Shown here in pieces: positions 27,822 to 36,370 of a stretch of 64,000 bases of DNA; within the stretch, counting starts at the first letter, position 1; every line of letters begins with the position of its first letter. The stretch spans positions 916,754 through 980,753 of the forward strand of contig OY764162.1 of NCBI GenBank assembly GCA_963668185.1. Direction: 5' to 3'. This DNA is from Dehalococcoidia bacterium (lineage in GTDB: Bacteria; Chloroflexota; Dehalococcoidia; Lucifugimonadales; G963668185). A program made the position numbers and the translations under genes. The notes beneath the pieces were generated by a model. The model was not told where the DNA came from, did not search any database, and was given only the letters and a program-made list of their open reading frames with translations.

Positions 27822-28128
27822 AGTCGGTGCCGCCTCTCCTCACATGCACGCGTGATGCCCGCAGGAACAGTATAGTGCGTCGAAATAGTGCGTCGAATCG
27901 CCATCGGCGGCGGCCTTTGACTCACCCATCATACAAGCGCAGGAACAGTTCACGCTCATGAGACTTTCCAGGACGACCGCTACTCCGGTAGTCGAACTGA
28001 ATGACACCTTGAGTCGATCACACTTGAGGAAGTCTCCGCCGCGGCTCAGCGCTACGTGACCGGGGACAGCTGCGTGAGGGTGGCCCTCTTCCCGGAGAAG
28101 TAACGCCGCTGCCCGCCAATTCGCCTTG

Positions 28129-28155
28129 TTGACTGAGATTTGCCGGTGTTATACT
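28129..28155 (+). promoter_or_regulatory. Possible sigma70-type promoter
   Basis: TTGACT (28129-28134) and TATACT (28150-28155) upstream of the small Zn-ribbon ORF. The 15-nt spacer is short. Confidence 0.3.
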
Positions 28156-28187
28156 CCCACCTCTATTTCAGGGAGGTGGACACAGCG

Positions 28188-28409
28188 GTGGCAATCAACA
28201 ATAACGGCCCTTTTCCAGACTGCAAGGCCTGCCCGGACGGAAGCTTGCTCCCCCTCTCTGACTTCGGCAGTCAGGGAGCCCCCATCCACTACAAGGCTTG
28301 GGTGTGCAGCAACCCGGACTGTGGGTTCAACCTCAAGATCCGCAACGGCGACGTTTACATCAACGAGCCGATCTCAAGCGGGCAGATGCACACACCTCGT
28401 ATGAGGTAG
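28188..28409 (+). CDS. Small zinc-ribbon-like protein (CxxC ... CxxxxC)
   Basis: GTG at 28188 is preceded by GGAGG. 'CKACPDG' and 'CSNPDCGF' are cysteine pairs about 37 aa apart. No further family assignment. Confidence 0.45.
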   Translation: MAINNNGPFPDCKACPDGSLLPLSDFGSQGAPIHYKAWVCSNPDCGFNLKIRNGDVYINEPISSGQMHTPRMR

Positions 28410-28646
28410 CGCCTCGAGTCCCACACTCGCCGCCGCAGTTAGCGCGGCCGGCGCGGCCCCTGCCCTCCCACGTAAAGCCCGTTCGAGGCGGCGCCAAGAC
28501 TCCTATCTCCGGCATCTGGGTTCCGTTTCGTTCGTGGTGAGCCTGTCGAACCATGAGTGGGCTACTGGCTGCCTGCGCTATAATTCCCCCAATCGTGTTA
28601 GCCGAACGTAACGACACGTCACGAAGCACGCTTCGAAGTTGAGGCG

Positions 28647-29780
28647 ATGAGACTTACGCAAGCCGTCATTGAGAGACTCCGGTCACGGCGCCTGCACCGC
28701 GCAACCGGCGTGGCGATGATTGCCCTTGGCCTCGTCATGCTGCTCAGTGTGGCCGGATACTATGCTTATTCGTACTACTCGCGTGCCAACTTCGACGACC
28801 TCAGCTTCGACGTCACAACCGCCGCCACAATTGAGACGTTGGAGGCTAACGAGACCGCACAGAACGACAGCTTCACGGTGGTGGATCATGCGAGCAAGGC
28901 GGCGGATCCTATCGCCGAACCGGCATCCACCAGGGCCACCGAAGAAGCAGCGCCGTCAACCGGCGTTTCAGAGGTGGCAGAAACAACCGCCGAGAGCTAC
29001 GAAACCGAGGCCGTGGTTTCGGCCACCGCCGAGACCGCGCCTGAATCAGCCGGCGTCAGCGAGACGACGCCGGAGTCGAACGGCGGCGCGGTGATCGCCG
29101 CGGACTCCCCTGACTCCGGGGACGAAACAGCCGGTCCCCAGGCCGGCGCGGCGTCGTACGACGGCCCCGTCCTGATAGACAGCTTCGCCACGTCGTATCC
29201 CGGTGCCGAAGTTCACCCGAAGTACTGGGACGACCCATTGTGGGCTGGTAGCGACCGGCTGGAGGTGTACTTGTTGCCGGAGGGGTTTGCGGCAGTGTCA
29301 TACAAGGCCGACGACTATGAGTGGCTGGGCGCGGCCCCGGCGCGCCGCATGGTCATAGCCGACATCGGCGTGGACGCGATCGTGAACGGCCTCAGGATCA
29401 TAGACCTTGGAGACAGCCAGGCGTACGAGACGCCCAAGAACATCGTCGGCCACATTCCGAGCACCGCGAATCCGGGCGAGTACAGCAACGGCTGGTACTT
29501 CGGCCATCTTCAGAGCCCGATCAGGGGCGAGGGCAACGTGTTCCGGTCCCTGCCGAAGCTGAGCCAACTCATTCGCGACGGCGATCCTATATTCGTGACG
29601 CTTTACAGCGCCGACGGCGCTTACCTGTACCAGGTGGTCAAGGGCGAAGTGGTCCACCCCTCCGAACTGGAACTGACCTACACGAAAGATGCCGAGATAA
29701 CCCTCGTGACCTGCTACCCGCCCCTCGTTTACGATCACCGTTACGTGGTGACCGCCAGGCTGGTCGGAGTGAACAACTAG
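28647..29780 (+). CDS. Membrane-anchored sortase-family transpeptidase with a long acidic Ala/Thr/Glu-rich linker
   Basis: N-terminal TM 'VAMIALGLVMLLSVAGYYAY'. C-terminal catalytic domain with 'GHL', 'TLVTCYP' (TLxTC Cys) and 'VVTARLV' (conserved Arg). Confidence 0.75.
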   Translation: MRLTQAVIERLRSRRLHRATGVAMIALGLVMLLSVAGYYAYSYYSRANFDDLSFDVTTAATIETLEANETAQNDSFTVVDHASKAADPIAEPASTRATEEAAPSTGVSEVAETTAESYETEAVVSATAETAPESAGVSETTPESNGGAVIAADSPDSGDETAGPQAGAASYDGPVLIDSFATSYPGAEVHPKYWDDPLWAGSDRLEVYLLPEGFAAVSYKADDYEWLGAAPARRMVIADIGVDAIVNGLRIIDLGDSQAYETPKNIVGHIPSTANPGEYSNGWYFGHLQSPIRGEGNVFRSLPKLSQLIRDGDPIFVTLYSADGAYLYQVVKGEVVHPSELELTYTKDAEITLVTCYPPLVYDHRYVVTARLVGVNN

Positions 29781-29824
29781 CGATTCCCGGCAAGCGGCTT
29801 CGACAGGCCGCGGCGGTCCCTGCC

Positions 29825-30712
29825 TCACTCCTGCTGGCGGCCGATCACACTCTGCGCCAGGTCCATGAAGTTCTCGGCCGGAGTCGACAGCGTCTTGCCC
29901 TGGAGCGTAACGACTCCACCCTGGTCCACCGGAAGCAAGGCGGCAAGGCTGGCGACCCCAATGACCCGTTCGTCATCGGGGTCTATGGCAAGCCTGGGCC
30001 CTACCGATATGCCCACGTTCATGGCAACGTAGCGCTTGATCATGTCGAAGTTCTCCAACTCGACGATCACGTCATACTGGATGTTCCTGCGGCGAAAGGC
30101 ATGTTCGAGCAACGCCCTCGTGTGTGACTGCCGGCCCCGGAGTATGAGCGGGTAGCGGCCTATCTGCTCCAGCGACGTTACTGGCTCACGTAACAGCGGA
30201 TGCCCCTGCGGAGCGATGAGCACCCGCTCGTACGGGAACAGGCCTCGGAACTCCAGCGTGGCCGAGTACACCGGCCTCGCCAGGAACCCCATGTCAACTT
30301 CGCCCTCCTCCACAAGCGCCAGCACCTCGTTCCGCAGCGCGGACCGCATCCTCAGGTGCACGTGAGGGAACCTGGTCCTGAACTCGCTCACCACGCGCAG
30401 CAGCGTGTGAGGAATGATGTCGTGCGTGGCCGCGATCGCCACGGGCCCCTCCTCCTCAGCCATCGCCGTCTGGGATGCCAGGGCGTCGATTCCTTCGACG
30501 AGCGGAGTTGCAAGCTGAGACAGGGTGGCGCCCGCGAGCGTCAGTTGGATGGGGCGCTTCATACGGTCGAAGAGCTTGGCGTTGAGCTCCGTTTCCAGCT
30601 TTTTTATGTGAGTTGTCGCCGTAGGCTGCCCGATGTTCAGATTGTCCGCAGCCTTCGAGATACTCCGCAGTTTGGCCGCCGTGCAGAAAGTTCTCAACTC
30701 TCTAAGTTCCAT
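29825..30712 (-). CDS. LysR-family transcriptional regulator
   Basis: N-terminal wHTH 'MELRELRTFCTAAKLRSISKAADNLNIGQPTATTHIKKLE' followed by a LysR substrate-binding domain. Confidence 0.9.
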   Translation of the reverse strand: MELRELRTFCTAAKLRSISKAADNLNIGQPTATTHIKKLETELNAKLFDRMKRPIQLTLAGATLSQLATPLVEGIDALASQTAMAEEEGPVAIAATHDIIPHTLLRVVSEFRTRFPHVHLRMRSALRNEVLALVEEGEVDMGFLARPVYSATLEFRGLFPYERVLIAPQGHPLLREPVTSLEQIGRYPLILRGRQSHTRALLEHAFRRRNIQYDVIVELENFDMIKRYVAMNVGISVGPRLAIDPDDERVIGVASLAALLPVDQGGVVTLQGKTLSTPAENFMDLAQSVIGRQQE

Positions 30713-30860
30713 CGGTCACTCCGTTCCCCGCAGTATCAACGAGCCGAATGTAAACATCATACTGCATGACTTCACGCAATTTTACCGCCGGCCTGAGAAT
30801 TACTGTAGGAACCATGGTTCAGGCAGATGCAAATCCAAAAGAAGTGAGAGGTGAAGCGAG

Positions 30861-31025
30861 ATGATCAACACAATTCTGGGCCGGCTGCCGGTGAGACTGA
30901 ACTCGGACTTCGAGTACTACCTGAGGAACCTGGAACGCAGGAGCGCCCATGGCCTGCCGTCCATCCAGGAAGCCAGGAGGGACTACCGGGCCGCCGTGCG
31001 GTCCAGGCACCCGTTCATACCGTAG
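30861..31025 (+). CDS. Hypothetical 54-aa protein divergent from the LysR gene (not in the ORF track, below its size cutoff)
   Basis: ATG is preceded by GAGAGGTG at 7-nt spacing, codons are GC3-rich, and a strong hairpin terminator follows. Translation: MINTILGRLPVRLNSDFEYYLRNLERRSAHGLPSIQEARRDYRAAVRSRHPFIP. Confidence 0.45.
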   Translation: MINTILGRLPVRLNSDFEYYLRNLERRSAHGLPSIQEARRDYRAAVRSRHPFIP

Positions 31026-31058
31026 GCCCATCCGTAAGCGATCGAACCGGCTGATTCG

Positions 31059-31094
31059 AGGACGCTCCGCATTAGCGGAGCGTCCTTGCTTTGC
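31059..31094 (+). terminator. Hairpin terminator after the 54-aa ORF
   Basis: AGGACGCTCCGC-atta-GCGGAGCGTCCT (perfect 12-bp stem) followed by TGCTTTG, a weak T tract. Confidence 0.55.
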
Positions 31095-31166
31095 ACATCA
31101 CATCGCTGGTATCCCTCCGCTCGGAGATGGGACAATGGGGCGCACCAGCCAAAGGAGATTCATCCG

Positions 31167-32105
31167 GTGAGATTCCTGCGCCGGGACAGCAAGAACAGGA
31201 CCAGAGACGCCGCTCGGAAGACGCGGCGGGCATGGTTCGGGCGCGTCGCCTCCATGTTCCGGGGGCAACCCCTGGACGAAGAGGTCTGGGATAGCCTGGA
31301 GGAGGCGCTGATCTCGTCTGACATTGGCGTATCCACCGCGATGGAACTGCTGGAGAACGTGCGGGAGGAAGCCCGGAACTCGTCGCTGGACAGCGCTGAC
31401 GACGCGATCGCGTTGGTGAAGCGGAAGATCGCCGACGCGCTGCGAACCTCCGGCGACGGGCGCGGCCTGGACCTAGACAGGACGCCCGCTGTCGTGCTTG
31501 TCGTCGGCGTCAACGGAGCCGGCAAGACCACCAGCATCGCGAAGTTGGCCAGGGCGCACCAGAACTCGGGACGGTCTGTGATCCTGGGCGCCGCCGACAC
31601 CTTTCGGGCGGCAGGCATCGAGCAGCTACAGGAGTGGGGCAAGCGGCTGGGCATAGACGTCATCGCCCACCAGAGTGGCGGAGACCCAGGGGCCGTGGCG
31701 TTCGATACGGTCCAGGCGGCCAGGGCGCGCAATGCCGACGTCGCCATCATCGACACGGCGGGCAGACTCCAGAACAGGACCAACCTGATGCAGGAGCTTC
31801 GAAAGGTGCACCGCATAGCGGAACAGCAGGCGAAGGGCTGGGCGTTCCATGTGCTCCTCGCGCTTGACGCCACTACGGGCCAGAACGGGCTGGCGCAGGC
31901 CCGTTCATTCACCGAAGCGGTCAAGTGCGACGGCGTGTTTCTCGCCAAGCTCGATGGCTCGTCCAAAGGCGGCATCGTCGTGGCGATCGCCGAGGAACTG
32001 GGGCTGCCGGTGCTGTACGTGGGCACGGGGGAGTCGCCGGACGACATAGCCGCGTTCGAGCCGCGAGAGTTCGCCGACGCCCTGTTCGACGAGGAGACGG
32101 CCTAG
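31167..32105 (+). CDS. ftsY: Signal recognition particle receptor FtsY
   Basis: GTG at 31167 with AAGGAG 8 nt upstream. SRP-GTPase motifs 'VGVNGAGKTTS', 'DTAGR' and 'LAKLDGSSKGG'. Confidence 0.9.
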   Translation: MRFLRRDSKNRTRDAARKTRRAWFGRVASMFRGQPLDEEVWDSLEEALISSDIGVSTAMELLENVREEARNSSLDSADDAIALVKRKIADALRTSGDGRGLDLDRTPAVVLVVGVNGAGKTTSIAKLARAHQNSGRSVILGAADTFRAAGIEQLQEWGKRLGIDVIAHQSGGDPGAVAFDTVQAARARNADVAIIDTAGRLQNRTNLMQELRKVHRIAEQQAKGWAFHVLLALDATTGQNGLAQARSFTEAVKCDGVFLAKLDGSSKGGIVVAIAEELGLPVLYVGTGESPDDIAAFEPREFADALFDEETA

Positions 32106-33409
32106 GCTTTCGGCCAGTCCTCCACCCGGATCAGGTTGCCGACCTCGCCGACGACGTCGAGACTGCCAATAGCGTTGACGGCGCGCTGGACCGCGTCCTC
32201 GTTCGCGACGTGCGTCATGAGCACAAGCTCCGCCTGGCCGGACGCCTCGTCGGCGCTCTTCTGGATGACCGAATCGATGCTGATGCGCAGGTCGCCCAGT
32301 ATCCTGGTGATCTGCGCGAGCACCCCCGGCCTGTCCTTGACCGACATCCTGACGTAGTAGCGCGTTTCCAGTTCGGAAAACGGCAGGACCCCAAGCTCGG
32401 ATGAGGGCGCGGCAGGCGTCGGCGCAGCGCCTCCGGCCATGCCGCGAACGATGTCTATCACGTCGCCCATGACCGCGCTGGCCGTGGGCAGGGAGCCAGC
32501 GCCGCGCCCGTGGAACGTGATCAGGCCCGCAAGGTCCGTCTCCATCTCCACGGCGTTGTACACCCCGGAGACTTTGCCCATCAGTTCGTCCTGCGGGACC
32601 ATCGTCGGGTGCACCCTGGCATGGATGCCGTCGCCGGTGCTGCTCGCGAGTGCGAGTAGCTTGATCGAGTATCCCAGCTCTCCGGCGTACTGGAAGTCGC
32701 GCGCCTGCAGCCTCGTGATTCCTTCGTGGTAAACGTCGGTGTCGCGGACGCCGGCGCGGAACGCCAGGCTGGAGAGGACCGCCAGCTTGTAAGCGGCATC
32801 CACGCCTTCGACGTCGTCGGCAGGGTCGGCCTCTGCGTATCCGAGTTCCTGCGCCTCTTGCAGCGCCGTCTCGAAGTCGAGTCCGTCGCTGGCCATTCTC
32901 GTTAGTATGTAGTTGGTGGTGCCGTTGATGATGGCGCGGATCGTACGGACGTTGTTGGCCGCCAGGTCACGCACCAGCGGCGAGATGATCGGCGTGCCGC
33001 CTCCGACGCTCGCCTCGAACAGCACGCGCACCCCGTGCTCCGACGCCGCGGCCAGAACCTCGGGGCCGCTGCTCGCCATGACCTCTTTGTTTGCCGTGAC
33101 CACGTGCTTGCCGGCGGCGATGGCGCGGAGGATGTAGTCGCGGGCCGGACTCCGGCCGCCCATGACCTCAACCACCACGTCGATGTCCGGATCGTTCAGT
33201 ACGTCGTCAGCGTCTGTCGTGAGAACGCCGTGCTGGACCGCGGCTTCCCTCGGCTTGGCGGCGTCGCGTACCAGAGCGCGCTTGAGGCGGATCTCCCTGC
33301 CCGCCAGGGACGCGACGTGACCGGGCTTGTCTCCGAGAACGCGGGCTACTCCCCCGCCGACCACGCCGAGCCCAAGCAGTCCTATCTGGACCGTAGAATT
33401 AGAACTCAA
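32102..33409 (-). CDS. hom: Homoserine dehydrogenase (with C-terminal ACT domain)
   Basis: 'IGLLGLGVVGGGV', 'FEASVGGGTPII' and 'INGTTNYIL', with a C-terminal ACT-like 'YYVRMSVKDRPGVLAQI'. Confidence 0.9.
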   Translation of the reverse strand: MSSNSTVQIGLLGLGVVGGGVARVLGDKPGHVASLAGREIRLKRALVRDAAKPREAAVQHGVLTTDADDVLNDPDIDVVVEVMGGRSPARDYILRAIAAGKHVVTANKEVMASSGPEVLAAASEHGVRVLFEASVGGGTPIISPLVRDLAANNVRTIRAIINGTTNYILTRMASDGLDFETALQEAQELGYAEADPADDVEGVDAAYKLAVLSSLAFRAGVRDTDVYHEGITRLQARDFQYAGELGYSIKLLALASSTGDGIHARVHPTMVPQDELMGKVSGVYNAVEMETDLAGLITFHGRGAGSLPTASAVMGDVIDIVRGMAGGAAPTPAAPSSELGVLPFSELETRYYVRMSVKDRPGVLAQITRILGDLRISIDSVIQKSADEASGQAELVLMTHVANEDAVQRAVNAIGSLDVVGEVGNLIRVEDWPKA

Positions 33410-33411
33410 GG

Positions 33412-34539
33412 CTAACTTTGGGGCGCAGCCTGTCGGGTGATCCCGATCAGCTTGGCGCCAATGTCAGGCGGCTCCGAGAAACCCAACTGTAGAAGCACCC
33501 AGTCGTAGATGTCGCTGTTCAGGGCCGAGTACACGTCGAACTCCGCCCTGCGTTCGTTCACCCAGTCCGTCAAGGCGCGGGACTTGAGTTCGTTCCAGTG
33601 CTCCTCGGACAGGTCCCTCGCCTGCTCCTTGCCGCCAACCATGAAATAGAAGAAGACCCTGTTGGTCTTGTCTTCGTAGTCGGGCAGACGCTGGCTCAAC
33701 TGTCCCACCTCGAGGTCGAACAGCACGTCATCATAGTCTTCGAGGATGCCCTTGGGCATCCATCCAAGCTCGCCGCTCTTCCGCACCGTGTCGCGAGCGT
33801 CGCGGGAGAACTCTCTGACAACTCCCCTGAACGCCTCGATGTACTCCTCCGGGGTCTCTGCCTGCTCGATGGCGAACTCGTACTTCTCCTCCATGATGTC
33901 GAACTCCTGGCCTTCGAGCATCACTACCCGGAAGACCCTGACATGTTCCGCGAAGCGGGGCACGGACTCGCTCATGAACTGCACAAGCTTCTCCCGCGTC
34001 ATCGACCGTCTGATGGTATCGCGGTGCTCGTCCTCGCTCAGTTGAATGGCGTTCAGGTACCCGCTGTACAACTCCCTGAATTCGCGCTCCGCCTGTTCAG
34101 GGTCCGAACTTGGCCGCCTTAGCACCAGCTCCCTTATGTGCAAGTCCAACTCCTCTTCGGAGACCGTCACGCCAAACTTCGGGGCGGACTGGACCAGGAT
34201 CTCGTGCTGCACGAGGTTCTGAAGCACGTTGAACACTTCGGTGGCGGTCTCCATCTGGATGCCCAGGTACTCTGCGCCCCTCTGCTGGACGCGCACCAGC
34301 TTGACCAGGTCGCCGCGCGTGTACTCGACGTCGTTGACTCTGACCATGACTTCGCGGGGAGGCAGGACGAAGTTGATGACATAAGCCGCGATGAGAATCC
34401 CCGCCATTGCGAGGATGAATACGCCCGCGACGGCCACGACCAGCTTGGTCCTCCGCCTCCGGCCGGCGAGGTCAACAGACTCTCTTCTTGGGTCTTCCCC
34501 TGAAGAGGAACGGCGGCGGATTCTTCTCTGTGCTGCCAC
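33412..34539 (-). CDS. Membrane-anchored SurA-N/parvulin-like peptidyl-prolyl isomerase-type chaperone
   Basis: N-terminal TM segment. The C-terminal 'SGELGWMPKGILEDYDDVLFDLEVGQLS' resembles the PpiC rotamase motif GGDLGW...F. Confidence 0.55.
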   Translation of the reverse strand: MAAQRRIRRRSSSGEDPRRESVDLAGRRRRTKLVVAVAGVFILAMAGILIAAYVINFVLPPREVMVRVNDVEYTRGDLVKLVRVQQRGAEYLGIQMETATEVFNVLQNLVQHEILVQSAPKFGVTVSEEELDLHIRELVLRRPSSDPEQAEREFRELYSGYLNAIQLSEDEHRDTIRRSMTREKLVQFMSESVPRFAEHVRVFRVVMLEGQEFDIMEEKYEFAIEQAETPEEYIEAFRGVVREFSRDARDTVRKSGELGWMPKGILEDYDDVLFDLEVGQLSQRLPDYEDKTNRVFFYFMVGGKEQARDLSEEHWNELKSRALTDWVNERRAEFDVYSALNSDIYDWVLLQLGFSEPPDIGAKLIGITRQAAPQS

Positions 34540-34601
34540 TGCTCAACTCCCCAAGCGCGGGCGCGGGCCTAGAGACCAGGCCACGCGGGCGGCGTCCCGG
34601 C

Positions 34602-35120
34602 CTAGCCCGGGAAACGTTGGCTCAGCGCTCCTGTGCGGCTGAACGGAATCAGGCCGATGTGCCGCGCCCGCTTGATAGCGGTCGCCAGCGCGCGCTGGTG
34701 CTTGGCGCAGGTGCCGGTCTTCCTGCGTCCCTCTATCTTGAACATGTCCGAGACGTATCTCCTCAGAGGAGCCACGTCCTTGTAATCGATTGTCGTGACG
34801 TGATCTACGCAGAACGAGCACACCCTTCGGCGGGGGAAATACCGCCCACGGCCTCTGCGTCCGCCTCGCGGGCCGGGCCGGGAGTCCCTGTACGGCGCGC
34901 CCTGGCTTGGAGGGCCGGAAGAAGGCGCGGCCGGGGCTGCCGTCTGCTGCGGAGCCGGCGCGACCGGGGCTGACGGCGCTGCCGCCTGCTGCGGAGCCGG
35001 CGCGGCAGGCGCTTCAGTCTGCGCGGCGGGTGCAGCCGCCGCAGGCGCCGCCGGTTGCGCGGCGGGCCCTGGAGCGGGCGCCGCCTCGGTGCTTGTCGTC
35101 TCGGTGTTCTCCGTTGTCAT
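34602..35120 (-). CDS. rpsR: 30S ribosomal protein S18 with a ~95-aa Ala/Pro/Gln-rich N-terminal extension
   Basis: The C-terminal 75 aa '[64 protein letters not shown]' is canonical S18. The only in-frame ATG (35120) has GGAAGGA 4 nt upstream. Confidence 0.8.
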   Translation of the reverse strand: MTTENTETTSTEAAPAPGPAAQPAAPAAAAPAAQTEAPAAPAPQQAAAPSAPVAPAPQQTAAPAAPSSGPPSQGAPYRDSRPGPRGGRRGRGRYFPRRRVCSFCVDHVTTIDYKDVAPLRRYVSDMFKIEGRRKTGTCAKHQRALATAIKRARHIGLIPFSRTGALSQRFPG

Positions 35121-35217
35121 CTGTCCTTCCGTACCTCTTTGCGAACGAGGCTCGCCTGCCCCTGGTCGCTCCTGTCTATTTCAACGTAACCCTGTGCCGA
35201 TCGGATTTCCCGCGCGC

Positions 35218-35616
35218 CTACCAAGGCAGATCGTCTTCCCCAGCGCCGGGCGTCGGCCCCATGTCATCGCCGCCGTCGGATGGGCCGCCTCCGCTGAGGA
35301 AAACTACCTGGTTCGCATTGATTTCAAGGTTGAATCTCTGCTGTCCATCCTGTCCGGTCCATGTGCGGGTGCTCAGCCTGCCCTCCACGTACACCTGCCT
35401 GCCTTTGCTAAGGTACTGATTTACCGTTTCCGCCAACTGGTTCCAGGCACTGACGGTGAACCACTCGGTCTCTTCACGCCGCTCGCCGGCGCCCGTCGTG
35501 TACACCCGGTTCACGGCGATTCGGAAGGACGTGACCGCCGCGCCGTTAGGCGTGTAGCGCATCTCCGGGTCGGTCCCCAGATTGCCTATGATCATCATCT
35601 TGTTCAGTCCGGCCAT
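35218..35616 (-). CDS. ssb: Single-stranded DNA-binding protein
   Basis: 'MAGLNKMMIIGNLGTDPEMRYTPNG' OB fold and an acidic tail '...EDDLPW'. Confidence 0.92.
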   Translation of the reverse strand: MAGLNKMMIIGNLGTDPEMRYTPNGAAVTSFRIAVNRVYTTGAGERREETEWFTVSAWNQLAETVNQYLSKGRQVYVEGRLSTRTWTGQDGQQRFNLEINANQVVFLSGGGPSDGGDDMGPTPGAGEDDLPW

Positions 35617-35708
35617 TTAGGCATGTCCTTTGGTTGGATTACTCAGCTAGTGCGTGGCAGGCGACTGTCAGACCGTATCTAAAAACACTGGAAAGCGTCC
35701 TTCTCTGG

Positions 35709-35770
35709 CCCCTTCTCCAGTCTGCTGGGGAAGAGCCTGTCCTGAGTCCCTCGAAGGGTTGGGATGGGGT
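35709..35770. repeat. Composite REP-like element (family-C hairpin plus gcctgtcctgagtccctcgaaggg module)
   Basis: ccccttctccagtctgctggggaagagcctgtcctgagtccctcgaagggttgggatggggt, with a related composite at 56073-56133. Confidence 0.75.
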
Positions 35771-35806
35771 TCTCCTCCGATGAGCGGAGTTGGACATATT
35801 ACCCTC

Positions 35807-36103
35807 TTAGACCTTCACCACAAGGTGGCGGATGACGCCCTGGTCCGCGTTGAGCGTCCGCTCCACCTGCAGGGCCGTCTCAGGGCTGGCCGTGAAGCGC
35901 GAAAGGAGATAGCTCCCCTCCTGGAACTTCTGGATAGGGTAAGCGAGCCGCCGAAGCCCCCACGCCTCGTGATGCGTCATCTCTCCGCCGCCATTCTGGA
36001 CCATGCCGTCCACCCGCTCCTGGGCGGCGCTGACCTCATCGTCGCTGGCCTCCGGACTCACTATCATCACCAACTCGTAGTTTCTGGAACGCTCTGTCAC
36101 CAA
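35807..36103 (-). CDS. rpsF: 30S ribosomal protein S6
   Basis: 'RNYELVMIVSP...' and 'WGLRRLAYPI', in rpsF-ssb-rpsR gene order. Confidence 0.9.
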   Translation of the reverse strand: MVTERSRNYELVMIVSPEASDDEVSAAQERVDGMVQNGGGEMTHHEAWGLRRLAYPIQKFQEGSYLLSRFTASPETALQVERTLNADQGVIRHLVVKV

Positions 36104-36175
36104 ACCCTGTACCTCAGTCTCTCAGGTAAACCGCCAGATTATAGCATGGCGGCACTTTCCGCGGAGTTGAAACCT

Positions 36176-36275
36176 TTGCGTAACCGTCATTCCGGCGCAG
36201 GCCGGAATCCAGAAGCAGGAATGGCAACTTGTCCGTAACCGTCATTCCGGCGGAGGCCGGAATCCAGCCAGCCGT
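36176..36275. repeat. Two copies of REP family A (gtcattccggcgcaggccggaatccag)
   Basis: gtaaccgtcattccggcgcaggccggaatccag and gtaaccgtcattccggcggaggccggaatccag lie about 55 bp apart. Each has the inverted repeat attccggc/gccggaat. Confidence 0.85.
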
Positions 36276-36370
36276 TCGACCTTTCTTTCGGTCTTCTGTA
36301 ATTGCGGTCCATGTCAGGCATAGCGAAAACTCTCCACCGCCTCCGGCAAGACGTTGCGCGCCTGCCGACG

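Noticed and set aside
28560-28600. TATAAT hexamer (about 28578) upstream of the sortase gene considered as a promoter
   Set aside because: No acceptable -35 element lies at 16-18 nt spacing, and a single hexamer match is not sufficient evidence.
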